From Luteitalea sp. (GTDB lineage: Bacteria > Acidobacteriota > Vicinamibacteria > Vicinamibacterales > CAVVIG01), in assembly GCA_009380045.1 (NCBI GenBank), contig WHSN01000004.1, positions 1,456 through 65,455 on the forward strand: a stretch of DNA of 64,000 bases, in the 5' to 3' direction. Every line of letters begins with the position of its first letter. The first letter of the stretch is position 1. Below, piece by piece: positions 18,860-28,860 of the stretch. The notes under the pieces are model-generated. The model was given only the letters and a program-made list of their open reading frames with translations. It had not been told where the DNA came from and made no database searches. The position numbers and the translations under genes were made by a program.

Positions 18860-21070
18860 TCATCGACGCGAGCGCCAGATTGCCAAACGCCGGCGAGTCT
18901 CGTCGGCCAATTCCTGAAGGCCCGAATCCGAGGCCAGACCCAGCACCGCCTCGGCGGTACTGATGGCCCGATCGAACCGGCCGGCCGCCGCGTAGGCCAG
19001 AGCCAGCGTATCCAGGGCCGTGGCGTTCCGATATCCGGTCAGTTCAGCGCCGCGCTCGGCCAACCGCACCGCCTCACCTGGCGCACGGACGTCGGCACGA
19101 TCGGAGGTGGCCAGGATCCAGGCGAGATCGACGATCGCCGCGGGCAGATCAGGTTTGATTTCCAAGGCCCGCCGATAGTGCTCGAGTGCCTCATCGATCT
19201 GGCCAGACAGTGCCAATGCGCTACCGAGGCTGCTATGTACGTCGGCATCGACTGGATTGATTCGCAGCGCCTGACGATACTCGCCTATGGCGTCGTTGAC
19301 GCGGCCCTGAGCCACGTGCACACGTCCCAGGTTGTGGTGTGCTTCGGCATTGTCCGGATCTGTTCGGAGAGCGCTCCGGTACCAACCCAACGCTTCATCG
19401 ACTCTTCCCTGCGCGTGATAGACGACCCCCAGATTGTTCCGGGCCTCGGAGAAGTCGGGCTTCAGGCCGATGACCCGGCGGAAATGTTGCGCCGCCTCCT
19501 CGAACCGCCGCTGCCCCAGCAGGACAATTCCCAGGTCGTACCCGGCCCACGCGGATCTCGGTTCGAGCGCGACCGCCTCCTCCAAGTGGGCGATTGCATC
19601 CGCGACTCGGCCCATCTCGACATAGCAGAACGCGAGATCATGGTGAACCCGGGCATCCTGCGGATTGAGCTCCAGCATTTTTTCATTGCCAGCGATGTCA
19701 TCTGCCAGCATTTTCTGGGCAAACTCCTTGTCGAGAGCAAGTCGGTCATCAGGATCGAGCGGCACCACCTGAATCCACAGGTCGCCCATTTCAGAGGCTG
19801 TGGTTTGACCGAACGTGACGCGTCCCGACGGTCGGCTCGGATTGCGGATATTGGCGTCGGAATTATCGTAGGTGTAGTGCATCACCAAGGTCGTGCCCTT
19901 GGGAAGCAACACTGGATCGGCGTACATGTACGCGTCCTGCCAGGCGAAATCCCATGCCTTGATGTAGACCAGCCATTTCGTACTGCCGTCGGGCAACCTG
20001 GCAAACCCCTTGACCACCCGTGCCAGATTGTGGGCGTGAGGCTGGACTGCCACCGCTTCAACGTCCACCGGAAGAACGAATGTGTCCGTGACGATGTGCT
20101 CGCTCTCGCCGGCAGGAATATCGATGTCTTGTCTCCCGAGTCTCAGCATATACGGCAGACGTTGGGGCGGTCGATCGGTGAAAAAGAGCCCGATGCTGAC
20201 TTGCACTGTCTGTCGAGCGCCGGTCGGCATCATGTGCAGCTCGACGACCAGGTCGCTCCCGGGCCTGACGTGCCATGCCATATCGTCAGCCGACGTTCGC
20301 GGCAATTGCCCGGGCGTCCAGCCGAGGAAATACCCGTCGGGAAACTTCGCGTCGCGACCCGCGCCGCCGTCATACCCGGGTCCAGGGTCGTCCTCGTCGA
20401 GCGACCGTGAGCCGCGCGTCTCGTCGATCTTGACGTTTGCGTGGTGCACGGCGTGATGGCCGGGATGAAATTCCAGCGCCTTCACATGGCGACCCTCCGG
20501 GAGAGGGATCGGCATCACGAACGTCCGAAACACATCCGGGCCCTCGGCGCCAAGGGTGTACGGTTCAGGCATTGTCACGACGAGGTCAGGCTTGCCGAAC
20601 TGCCACTCGCCAGACCCGCTCGCGACCAATGGAAGATCGTCGGGGTCCCCTTCCACCGCGCCGGTGTCTACCCACTCTTGAATGAGCGCCCGTTGACCGG
20701 CGCTCAGCCGCCGCGCGCCGAGAAACTCCGCGTAGCCTGGCTCGGGCTTCCAAGGGGGCATGTACCCACTGCTTGTCACCGCGGCGATCTGCGTTGCACG
20801 CTGGCGCACATCGCCGTATGTCATCAAGCTGAAAGGCGCGCCCCCGCCTGGACGATGGCAGGCAACGCACTTGTCGAAGACGATGGGAGCAATGTCCCTG
20901 GTGAATGTGACCCCGCGGGCCGACTGGGCAGACTGGGCCGACAGCCCTCCGGTCCCAACGACAGCCGGCCACACAGGTGATAGAAGCAGGGCGCCCACAA
21001 CGGAGGTGCAGCGCCGCCAACCGCTTCGGGCACCTTCGACCCTGCCTTCGGCCACCGAACGCCTTGGCAT
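18860..21070 (-). CDS. Exported fusion protein: c-type haem domain + PHM/DBH-like (copper type II monooxygenase-like) domain + C-terminal TPR repeats
   Basis: FDKCVACHRPGG (CxxCH). His clusters FHPGHHAVHHANV, VELHMMP, QPHAHNLARVV, and TASEMGDLW. Then about 7 TPR-like repeats (AW..LG..Y...G....A...Y..AL...P). Start set at MPRRS (21070), which avoids overlapping the upstream TBDR stop. Confidence 0.75.
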   Translation of the reverse strand: MPRRSVAEGRVEGARSGWRRCTSVVGALLLSPVWPAVVGTGGLSAQSAQSARGVTFTRDIAPIVFDKCVACHRPGGGAPFSLMTYGDVRQRATQIAAVTSSGYMPPWKPEPGYAEFLGARRLSAGQRALIQEWVDTGAVEGDPDDLPLVASGSGEWQFGKPDLVVTMPEPYTLGAEGPDVFRTFVMPIPLPEGRHVKALEFHPGHHAVHHANVKIDETRGSRSLDEDDPGPGYDGGAGRDAKFPDGYFLGWTPGQLPRTSADDMAWHVRPGSDLVVELHMMPTGARQTVQVSIGLFFTDRPPQRLPYMLRLGRQDIDIPAGESEHIVTDTFVLPVDVEAVAVQPHAHNLARVVKGFARLPDGSTKWLVYIKAWDFAWQDAYMYADPVLLPKGTTLVMHYTYDNSDANIRNPSRPSGRVTFGQTTASEMGDLWIQVVPLDPDDRLALDKEFAQKMLADDIAGNEKMLELNPQDARVHHDLAFCYVEMGRVADAIAHLEEAVALEPRSAWAGYDLGIVLLGQRRFEEAAQHFRRVIGLKPDFSEARNNLGVVYHAQGRVDEALGWYRSALRTDPDNAEAHHNLGRVHVAQGRVNDAIGEYRQALRINPVDADVHSSLGSALALSGQIDEALEHYRRALEIKPDLPAAIVDLAWILATSDRADVRAPGEAVRLAERGAELTGYRNATALDTLALAYAAAGRFDRAISTAEAVLGLASDSGLQELADETRRRLAIWRSRR

Positions 21071-21096
21071 GTCCAATGTTGCTGCGAACCGCGGAC

Positions 21097-23973
21097 CTAA
21101 AACCTGATCTGGGACGACAACCGCACGAGGCGGCCTTGAAGCACGCGCTGCGGCTGTCCCAGGGTCGAGCCGAAGCTCTGATTCTGGGTCAGCACGACGT
21201 TGCTGTTGAGGGTGTTGTACAGCTCCACGGCCGGCTCGATCTGCACCCTGCCCAGCCTGAAGCTCTTTTTCACCTCGAGGTCGAGCTGGTTCCAACGTTC
21301 CAAGTACTCACTCCCCGGCGGGATGAGTCCCACCGTCACCGCCTGCGTGCGGCCTCCCGGAAACAACGTCGCTGGCACAGCCCAGTTCACAGCCAAGGAT
21401 GCATTGGCGATGTCGCCAGCGACCGCGCCCGCGTTGCTGAGGAACGTCGCGCCAACCCGGAGACCCGCTGGAAGAGGATAGCTGCCGGCCAGCTTGAAAT
21501 TGTGGCGAAACGGGATATCGAACTCCGTCTGATCGCAGTATCGGAACGTATTGGGATTCGACAGGTCGGCACACGTGACCCGAATCGCCTGTCCCGCCGA
21601 CCAACCGCCGAACACATTACCGCCCCTCGGCAGACGTCCATTCACGGTCACTTCGACGCCTTCGTAGGAGGCACGCGCCAACGAGCGATCGGCCGTTGTA
21701 TCGAGGAGATCCACCAGCCCCTGCCTGGCCGGGTTCAGGTTGTAGACAGTAATGGGCTCGTTGTTCAGGGGGCTCGCCACTTCAAACGCGGCGTAGTCGG
21801 CGACGCTCACCAGACGATTGATTGTCTGCTGGAGGTTGTATGTCTGCCGCAGAAACCATGTGGCGGCAACCGAAACCCCAGGCACCACCTCGCGGTCGAT
21901 GCCGAGGGTGTACTCGAGGTCGTACTCTCGCTTGCTGTCTGGGTCGAACTGTCGCGCCGGCGCAGCGCCGAAGGTCCGATTGTTGCTCGGCCCGATCTCG
22001 TTGTCCTGGGCGATGTTGTCGCCATTGGTCGGCAACAGCGTGCCCGAGCACCTCGAGGTGGTCGGCACGTAATCACAGTCCGACCAGTTGCGCGTATCAT
22101 TTTGCAGCGCCAGTGAATCGTACAGGTTCGCCAGGTCCACCGTGTAGTTTCTGTTGTACCGGCTCACCGTACCTTTCACCGCCGTTTTCGCGTCGCCGGT
22201 GAGGTCGTAGATGACGCCGAATCTCGGCGCGACATCGAACCAGTTCGGCAGGTTCGGCATCGCCGCCGCCTGACGGGCCGGCACGAAACGACCGGCCTCG
22301 ACCGACCCGCCGTCGACCATGGAATTCAGATACTCGAACCGGATCCCGGCGGACATCGTCAGCTGATTGGTGACCTGCCACGAATCCTGCGCGAACAACC
22401 CGAGATCGGCCTTCATCCGCTGGCGCGAGTAGGTCGGCGTGTTCCAGACCAGCACCGAGTCCGGGATGCCATCCCGGTAGCGTTGCGTGAGCTCGGCGTT
22501 ACTGCTGTCGAAACGCTGATTCAGCCGTCCGAAGTTCCACTGTACGCCAGACTTGAGGGTATGTGCTCCGGCGACGTAGGTCACGGCTGAACTGAGCAGA
22601 TACATGTGCGTATAGCGAACCAACTCCTGCGTGCTCGGCGACACGGTCGTCGTGCCACGATTGATGTCCATGCGCGATGCGGTCGCATACCACTCAGGGG
22701 TGCCTGGTTCCTTCTTGATCCCCGGCTGGTACTTGTAACCCAGAGTATTCGCGCCGAGGAGAAATCCGGTATCGAGAAGAAGCCTGTTGCTCACCGTCGA
22801 GGTCCACTTCACGCTGCCGGTGTTCTTCTGCATCGGCGGCCGAATCCTCGAAGCCGTCGCGACATCGACACCCGACGTGTAATCATGACCGACCCACTTG
22901 CTCTGGTAGTCGTCCAGCGCAGTCAGCTTGTTCTTCGGCGTGATCTGCCATGTCATCCGAAGCGTGTAGTTCTTGACACGCTGATCGAACATGCCGGGGC
23001 GCCCATCCGGATAGAAGCTGTTGCTGACGATATTGTTGTTGCCGTTGTTGCCATATGAGCCGAAGAACCAGAGTCTGTCACGGACGATCGGGCCTCCCAA
23101 CGAGGACGTAAAGTAGTAAATCAGGTCGACCGCATCCGGAGCCCTGAGCCCTCGACTGAGCAGGTCGCCCAGGTTGTCGCTCTGCATCGAGCCGTTGGTG
23201 TACCCCGCGTACGTCAAGCCACTGAAGGTATTGCCGCCTTCGCGCGGGACGAGATTCAGGTGCGGCCCTCCTCTCGCCACCTCAGCGGTCAAGCCGCTGG
23301 TCTGCACTGTGACTTCCGCCGTCATGCCATCGTTGTGATCGTTCTGGTCGTCTCCGCCGCCCTGCATCAAATTCGACTTCAGACCGTCGATGTCGACGGT
23401 CGTGTCCTTCGGCAGGCTGCCATACGCGGTCAGCCGCTGCTGGCCTGCCGTCCGTGCGCCTCCCACGTTGGGCTCGTTGACCTTGATGCCGACGGCCAGC
23501 GCGCCCACGGCGGCGTAGGTTCTGCCCGTCGGCAACGCGTCAATCAGCTCCCGTGGCAGCACAGTAGTCCGCTGGGTATTCTGCACGTCGACGACCGGCC
23601 CCTGACCGGAGACCGTCACCGTCTCCTCGATCGCTCCAACGCGGAGCTCGGCGTCGATCGTGGCCGTAAAATCAGAGGGCAAGGTCATGTCGTCGCGTAC
23701 GAACGACGCAAAGCCTCCCAGGGTGAAGCTCACGTTATAGGTGCCAGGACGAAGATTTGGAATCGCATATCGTCCTTGCGCATCCGTCACCGCGGTTCGG
23801 ACCTTCTCGATGAGTGCCGGGCTTGCGGCCTCCACGGTCACTCCAGGCAGCACCGCGCCGCTCGAGTCCGTCACCACCCCGGTAATGGCGCTCTGGGCCG
23901 AGGCGGCGGCCGGCAACCAGAACAACGCCACGAATGCCGCCACCGTGATCTGTCTGCAGCGCGTGCCCACCAT
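21097..23973 (-). CDS. TonB-dependent receptor with CarboxypepD_reg N-terminus (paralog A)
   Basis: SD GGAGGG before the ATG. ITGVVTDSSGAVLPGVTVEAASPALIEKVRTAVTDAQGRYAIPNLRPGTYNVSF. Ends ...GRLVRLSSQIRF. Confidence 0.9.
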   Translation of the reverse strand: MVGTRCRQITVAAFVALFWLPAAASAQSAITGVVTDSSGAVLPGVTVEAASPALIEKVRTAVTDAQGRYAIPNLRPGTYNVSFTLGGFASFVRDDMTLPSDFTATIDAELRVGAIEETVTVSGQGPVVDVQNTQRTTVLPRELIDALPTGRTYAAVGALAVGIKVNEPNVGGARTAGQQRLTAYGSLPKDTTVDIDGLKSNLMQGGGDDQNDHNDGMTAEVTVQTSGLTAEVARGGPHLNLVPREGGNTFSGLTYAGYTNGSMQSDNLGDLLSRGLRAPDAVDLIYYFTSSLGGPIVRDRLWFFGSYGNNGNNNIVSNSFYPDGRPGMFDQRVKNYTLRMTWQITPKNKLTALDDYQSKWVGHDYTSGVDVATASRIRPPMQKNTGSVKWTSTVSNRLLLDTGFLLGANTLGYKYQPGIKKEPGTPEWYATASRMDINRGTTTVSPSTQELVRYTHMYLLSSAVTYVAGAHTLKSGVQWNFGRLNQRFDSSNAELTQRYRDGIPDSVLVWNTPTYSRQRMKADLGLFAQDSWQVTNQLTMSAGIRFEYLNSMVDGGSVEAGRFVPARQAAAMPNLPNWFDVAPRFGVIYDLTGDAKTAVKGTVSRYNRNYTVDLANLYDSLALQNDTRNWSDCDYVPTTSRCSGTLLPTNGDNIAQDNEIGPSNNRTFGAAPARQFDPDSKREYDLEYTLGIDREVVPGVSVAATWFLRQTYNLQQTINRLVSVADYAAFEVASPLNNEPITVYNLNPARQGLVDLLDTTADRSLARASYEGVEVTVNGRLPRGGNVFGGWSAGQAIRVTCADLSNPNTFRYCDQTEFDIPFRHNFKLAGSYPLPAGLRVGATFLSNAGAVAGDIANASLAVNWAVPATLFPGGRTQAVTVGLIPPGSEYLERWNQLDLEVKKSFRLGRVQIEPAVELYNTLNSNVVLTQNQSFGSTLGQPQRVLQGRLVRLSSQIRF

Positions 23974-24025
23974 GACCTTGCCCTCCGTCCTGATCCGGTT
24001 TTTGTCTCCTGTCTCCGCCACCCCT

Positions 24026-27004
24026 TCAGAACTGCAACTGGACACCGAATTTCAGCAGCCGCCCGGTCAGAACCTCCGTGACGTTCCGCCAGCTCGCACC
24101 GTACGTCGGGTTGGAGCCGAGGACGGCGCCGGCGTTCAGCGCGTTGTAGGCATCGAGCACGGCCTCGACCCGAACCTGCCGGACTTGAAACATTCTCGCC
24201 AGGCGAAGATCGAGCTGATTGATCCGTTCCTCAAACTGTGAGAACGGGGCGATCACCTGGAGGCTGGCCGTGCGCGCCCCCCCGGCGAGATTGCGGCCGA
24301 GCGACGGAGCAATCTGGGCCGTCGGCACACTATAGTTCGCGCCGATCACGAATCCAGGCAGGCTCTGAAAGTTGGCGCTGGCCTGGAGCGCCCACGGCAG
24401 CACATAGGATCCCGTGATCTTGAACTGCTTCGCGTACGGCGGCCGGATCTCGCACTGATACAACTGTTGCGGCGAGTCCACGACAAAGCAGCGGTCAATC
24501 GCAGAGACGGTCTCGCCGCCGGTCACGTCGCTGTTCCCCGAGTTCCCGACATTCAGGCCGGCTGACAGCTGGGCGCCACGCCGGAGCCGGACGTTGACGT
24601 TGAGATCGACGCCGTTATAGACCTCCGTCTGTCTGCCGTAGTGGGAGGCGAACGTCACCAGGTTGTTGACCCGGCCGAACCTCGCCGGTGTGACGTCGTA
24701 CAGCCCGCAGATCTGGTTGCCGCCGCCCCCGGGCAGACGGGAATCAAGAGGGGCCGTGATGCAGTAGTGATCGTAGTCCTGCGGCGCGACTTCCAGGTTG
24801 TCGGTGACGGTGAAATTGCCGAACCAGGTTCGAAAATAGCCCGCGCTCACCGCCACGCCCGGCCGCAGCTCGTGTTCGATCCCCGCCGACCCCTGCCACG
24901 AGAATGCCCTCTTGTGCCACCCGTTCAACACATCCGGATCGTAGCGGGTGACGATGTTGGACCTGCCGAAGTTGACGTTGTCAATCTCCCGGCACTCGTT
25001 GTTGGCGGCGGGGTTGCGCAGATCGCAGTCGGGAAAGAAATTGCGATTGGCGTCATTCCATGCCCGGTTGACGCTGTTGACCGACGTCGTTACCGGATCG
25101 TTGGCGGTGGCCAGACCGATGAACTCGCCGACGACGTAGCGGCCGATGCTCGCCTTGACCGCCGTCTTGCCGTTGCCAAACAGGTCGTAGGCCATTCCGA
25201 GCCGCGGCCCCAGGTCCTTCCAGCACGGAACGCAGTCGACTTCAGCGAAGCTGCGGGCGTCGATCAGCGGGCCGGCTGGTTGCTGGCTCGCGGGGACATA
25301 GGCGTGGAGCGACTCGAACCGCAAGCCCAGGTTGACCGTCAACCGTCTTACCGTCCACTGATCCTGGGCATAGAGTCCGAACTCGGGCCACATCACCGCT
25401 TTGGTCGTCGTCGGCGCGGCCCATTCCGTGAGCGAAATCGGGATGCCGTTCGAAAAGGTGTAGCTGATGTCGCCGTACGGACGTGTCGTGGTGACGGTGG
25501 TACTGCCCTGCATCAGGGAGAACCCGACCTTGAAATGATGCGACCCTGTCACATAGGACATCGAGAAGCGGCCGTTGCGTTGAGGGTCGGCGGCAGTCAC
25601 CAGGCTGTTGGGCGCCTGGTAGCGGATACCCGACGATTGTTCGAGCACGGAGATGTCTGCGGGCGTGAAGCCCGTCGTGTTGAAGTGCGGGTGCGACGGG
25701 TGGCTGGGTGTCAGTGTGCGCTCGCGATCGTTCCGCACCGCGGTCGCGCCGGCATCAAAGAGGAGCCTGTTGGTGACCGGGTAGCTCCAGGTGACCTGGG
25801 AGACGGACGCGGGACCACGAATCAGACAAGGTACCGCCTCAGGCGCCAGGCGGATGACCTCATGGTTCGGACAGTCGTCGTTCTTCTGGTGGTCGGTGTA
25901 GAAGGAGATCTTGTGCTTGGGCGCCGCCTGCCAGGTGAGTCGGCCATTGCCGGAGCGGTTGGTCTGTATCGGCTGGCCCGGCCGGCTCACGTCCGGCGTG
26001 TAGAGGAAGCTGCCAAGGGTCGAATCGTAGAAATGGTTGACCGGCTGCTGCTTCAGACCCCAGTGCCGATAGGCGGTGTAGAACCACAACCTGTCGCGTT
26101 TGATCGGTCCGCCCACAGCGCCGTTGACGTTGTGGATCCGAAGGACCTTGTTCACCTCCGAGAGCCCGCGCGCCTTCAATCCGTCCGACAGATTGGCGCT
26201 GACCAGGGCGTCGCCCGAGTAGTTGGCCAGGAAGGTGCCGTTGAAGGTGTTCCCGCCGGTCTTGGGAACCACGTTCATCTGGATGCCGCCGACCGAGTAT
26301 TCGGCAGAGCCGCCGGCGGCCACCTCGATCACGATCGCCTCTGCCATCGCGGGATTGATATAGAACCCGAAACCGGCGCCCTGGCCTTGTGTCGGGTTGA
26401 ACCTCATGCCGTCAACCAACAGTCTCTGGTCGTTCCGCTTGCCTCCGTGGAGTGAGCCCCTGAACGAAGACTCTCCCTTGCTGCCGCCGACATCCTGGCT
26501 GTTGGGCGTGCTGACCACCGCCGGCATCAGATTGAGCAGGCTGTAAACGGTCTGCGACACAGGAACAGCCCTCAACATGTCCTGGGTCAGCATTTTCTGC
26601 TGGGTGAGATTCTGGACGTCCACCACCGGACTCGCCCCCGACACCGTCAGCGTCTCTTCCAGCGCGCCGACTTTCAGTTCGGCGTTCGCCGCCGCCGTGA
26701 AGTTCGCTGGCAGTTCAAGCCCTTCCAGTCTGAACGTGCTGAAGCCTGAAAGCGCGAACGTGACACTGTAGGTGCCGGGACGCAGATCGATGACCAGGTA
26801 CCGCCCCTGACTGTCGGTGACCACGGTGCGGACCTTTTCGATGAGGGCGGGACTGGCGGCTTCGACGATGACTCCGGGCAGCACTGCGCCCGTCGCATCT
26901 CTCACCACTCCAGAGATGCCGCTGGTCCCAACGGCCTGCGCCGATGCGGCCGCGGGAACGAGCATCCCGGACGCAACGATTGCGAGACAGAGGATCCATC
27001 CCAT
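24026..27004 (-). CDS. TonB-dependent receptor with CarboxypepD_reg N-terminus (paralog B)
   Basis: SD GGAGG 5 nt before the ATG at 27004. ISGVVRDATGAVLPGVIVEAASPALIEKVRTVVTDSQGRY. Ends ...GRLLKFGVQLQF. Confidence 0.9.
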   Translation of the reverse strand: MGWILCLAIVASGMLVPAAASAQAVGTSGISGVVRDATGAVLPGVIVEAASPALIEKVRTVVTDSQGRYLVIDLRPGTYSVTFALSGFSTFRLEGLELPANFTAAANAELKVGALEETLTVSGASPVVDVQNLTQQKMLTQDMLRAVPVSQTVYSLLNLMPAVVSTPNSQDVGGSKGESSFRGSLHGGKRNDQRLLVDGMRFNPTQGQGAGFGFYINPAMAEAIVIEVAAGGSAEYSVGGIQMNVVPKTGGNTFNGTFLANYSGDALVSANLSDGLKARGLSEVNKVLRIHNVNGAVGGPIKRDRLWFYTAYRHWGLKQQPVNHFYDSTLGSFLYTPDVSRPGQPIQTNRSGNGRLTWQAAPKHKISFYTDHQKNDDCPNHEVIRLAPEAVPCLIRGPASVSQVTWSYPVTNRLLFDAGATAVRNDRERTLTPSHPSHPHFNTTGFTPADISVLEQSSGIRYQAPNSLVTAADPQRNGRFSMSYVTGSHHFKVGFSLMQGSTTVTTTRPYGDISYTFSNGIPISLTEWAAPTTTKAVMWPEFGLYAQDQWTVRRLTVNLGLRFESLHAYVPASQQPAGPLIDARSFAEVDCVPCWKDLGPRLGMAYDLFGNGKTAVKASIGRYVVGEFIGLATANDPVTTSVNSVNRAWNDANRNFFPDCDLRNPAANNECREIDNVNFGRSNIVTRYDPDVLNGWHKRAFSWQGSAGIEHELRPGVAVSAGYFRTWFGNFTVTDNLEVAPQDYDHYCITAPLDSRLPGGGGNQICGLYDVTPARFGRVNNLVTFASHYGRQTEVYNGVDLNVNVRLRRGAQLSAGLNVGNSGNSDVTGGETVSAIDRCFVVDSPQQLYQCEIRPPYAKQFKITGSYVLPWALQASANFQSLPGFVIGANYSVPTAQIAPSLGRNLAGGARTASLQVIAPFSQFEERINQLDLRLARMFQVRQVRVEAVLDAYNALNAGAVLGSNPTYGASWRNVTEVLTGRLLKFGVQLQF

Positions 27005-27279
27005 CACTACCTCCATGCCCCAAAGACTGATACGGTTCGGATACACCCCCAGAAGATCAGACCTCTTCAAGACGATCCGACGGAATGCGCGAGCGTCTTT
27101 ATCGCCGGTTCATCAACGACTCACGCCAACGACCCGGACAGCGGACGTGTCACCGGCGCCAACACCTCCCGGTGCCGCAGCCGAGGGAGGCCGTTCCCCT
27201 CAAGCTGCACCGGCCGGGTCCGACAGATTGCCGGATCGCGCGTCAGGTCGCCGCCGGACCCCGCCGGTCCCGATTCGTG

Positions 27280-28860
27280 TCAGTCAGGCTTGGCGACAAA
27301 TTTCAGGAAGTCGCCCCATGGAACCACGCGCCCATGAAGGGGCGCAATGGTCGAGACATCCAGCTTGTATGCCTTCACGTTGTTATAGAGGTTCACGGCG
27401 GCGGGCGGTGGCGAGGCCGGTAGCTGCGCGCCCGCAGCGGGCGGCGTGTAGATGTCCGCCTCAATCAGGATCTTCTCCGTTGGAAGATACGCCATCAGCA
27501 TGCCTTCGGCGTGAGGATTGCCCTGGACATAGTAGACATCCAGGTTCCGTGTGCCATCGCTGATCGTGCCCCGAACGTCAATCGTCTCGAGCTGGTAGCC
27601 TTCGGCGAACTCGGTCGGCGGATACAGCGACAGGCGATCGGGCTCGAGCGTCCACCTTCCGTACGACAGCACTTCCTGCTTGTAGAAGTCGCGGTTGGCG
27701 CGATGCGCCACGATCGTCGCGCCCTCATGGAAGAGCGCGCGAATTCCTCCCAGGTGATCGAAGTGGTGATGGGAGTTCACGACGTACCGAATCGGCTTGT
27801 TGGGAATCAACTTGTACACAGCTTCAATGACTGCGAGCGCGCGCTGCTCGTTCTGCGGCGCTTCGACGACGACGGCGAAATCCCGGAACTCGACGGCCAC
27901 GCTGTGATGGGAGCCGCCGGCGAGGTAATAGATGCCTTCGGCCAGCTTCGTGGATTCGACCCGAACCGGCGGAACCGTCGCCTTTTGGACCAACTCTGGG
28001 ACCGTTGGGACCGGCCCGCAGCCGTTGACTTTCACGTCCTTCACGGTAAACGTGAGCGAGTTATGGCCTCCGTTGTAGTTCGGCGACTGCGTTTCATCGT
28101 CCCAGTCCGTGTGATGATGGAAATTGCCCGGAAACTTCACCCCGTCCACGTCGCGCCACTGGCTGTATTCGCCTTCCTGGTTGAGGTCGCCACGGACAGG
28201 GTTGGCCACAAAGGTCTGCACTCTTTCTACGAGATTCTGATCGTTGATCGTGCCGTTCACCCGGTACTTTCCCAGCGCGATGAACGAGATGATATTTTGC
28301 TTCCGTTGGACAAGGGAGCTGAGCCCGCCCACGGCGCCACCTTCATATCGCGTAATCAAGACCGGCTTCGCGTCTGGCGCCAGGGCCGCTTTGAGAAAAC
28401 CGTGCGGATTCAGCCAAATATCGAGCTGTCGCAACTCCGCCGCCGTCGGCGCAGGAACGGGAGTGGCGTTGGCGCCCTGGATGTTCCACGCGAACTTGTC
28501 GACGACAAACTGCGTCTGGCGCTGTTCCCCCTGTATCGGGATGCCGCCGCCCCCTTGGGACGGGTAGCTGCCCTGCCTGATGACCCGCTCTTCCTGCGCG
28601 AATTTCGCGCCGAAGTCGATCGTCCGAGTGTAGGAGGCCAGCTCGGCTCTGGCCCAGTCGTCCGTAATTTCCCGATTCTGGCCGACGAACCCGACGTAGC
28701 CCGCGCCGGTATAGGTCACACAGCTCAAGTTGCCCGTGCCCATGGCCTTCGCAGCAGCTTGAAGAACCGCCTGGGCATCCTGAGCCCCAGCGACAAGGGG
28801 GCTCGCCACGATCGCAAAGAGAACCAACAGTCTGGAGAGAGTGGGTGTCGGTCTGCTCAT
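27280..28860 (-). CDS. Secreted MBL-fold metallo-hydrolase with an ~290 aa N-terminal domain of unknown function
   Basis: Signal peptide. VVNSHHHFDHLGGIRAL (HxHxDH). SD GGAGGAG. Confidence 0.85.
   Translation of the reverse strand: MSRPTPTLSRLLVLFAIVASPLVAGAQDAQAVLQAAAKAMGTGNLSCVTYTGAGYVGFVGQNREITDDWARAELASYTRTIDFGAKFAQEERVIRQGSYPSQGGGGIPIQGEQRQTQFVVDKFAWNIQGANATPVPAPTAAELRQLDIWLNPHGFLKAALAPDAKPVLITRYEGGAVGGLSSLVQRKQNIISFIALGKYRVNGTINDQNLVERVQTFVANPVRGDLNQEGEYSQWRDVDGVKFPGNFHHHTDWDDETQSPNYNGGHNSLTFTVKDVKVNGCGPVPTVPELVQKATVPPVRVESTKLAEGIYYLAGGSHHSVAVEFRDFAVVVEAPQNEQRALAVIEAVYKLIPNKPIRYVVNSHHHFDHLGGIRALFHEGATIVAHRANRDFYKQEVLSYGRWTLEPDRLSLYPPTEFAEGYQLETIDVRGTISDGTRNLDVYYVQGNPHAEGMLMAYLPTEKILIEADIYTPPAAGAQLPASPPPAAVNLYNNVKAYKLDVSTIAPLHGRVVPWGDFLKFVAKPD

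Noticed and set aside
21071-21295. N-terminal extensions offered by the ORF track. Examples: the first 75 codons of 18860..21295, 55371..55787 ahead of the sigma-54 activator, and 29237..29431, 16192..16332, 18299..18400, 50574..50756, 52135..52233.
   Set aside because: The extensions are low-complexity and overlap neighbouring genes. Internal starts are followed by signal peptides or canonical N-termini and often preceded by SD sequences.
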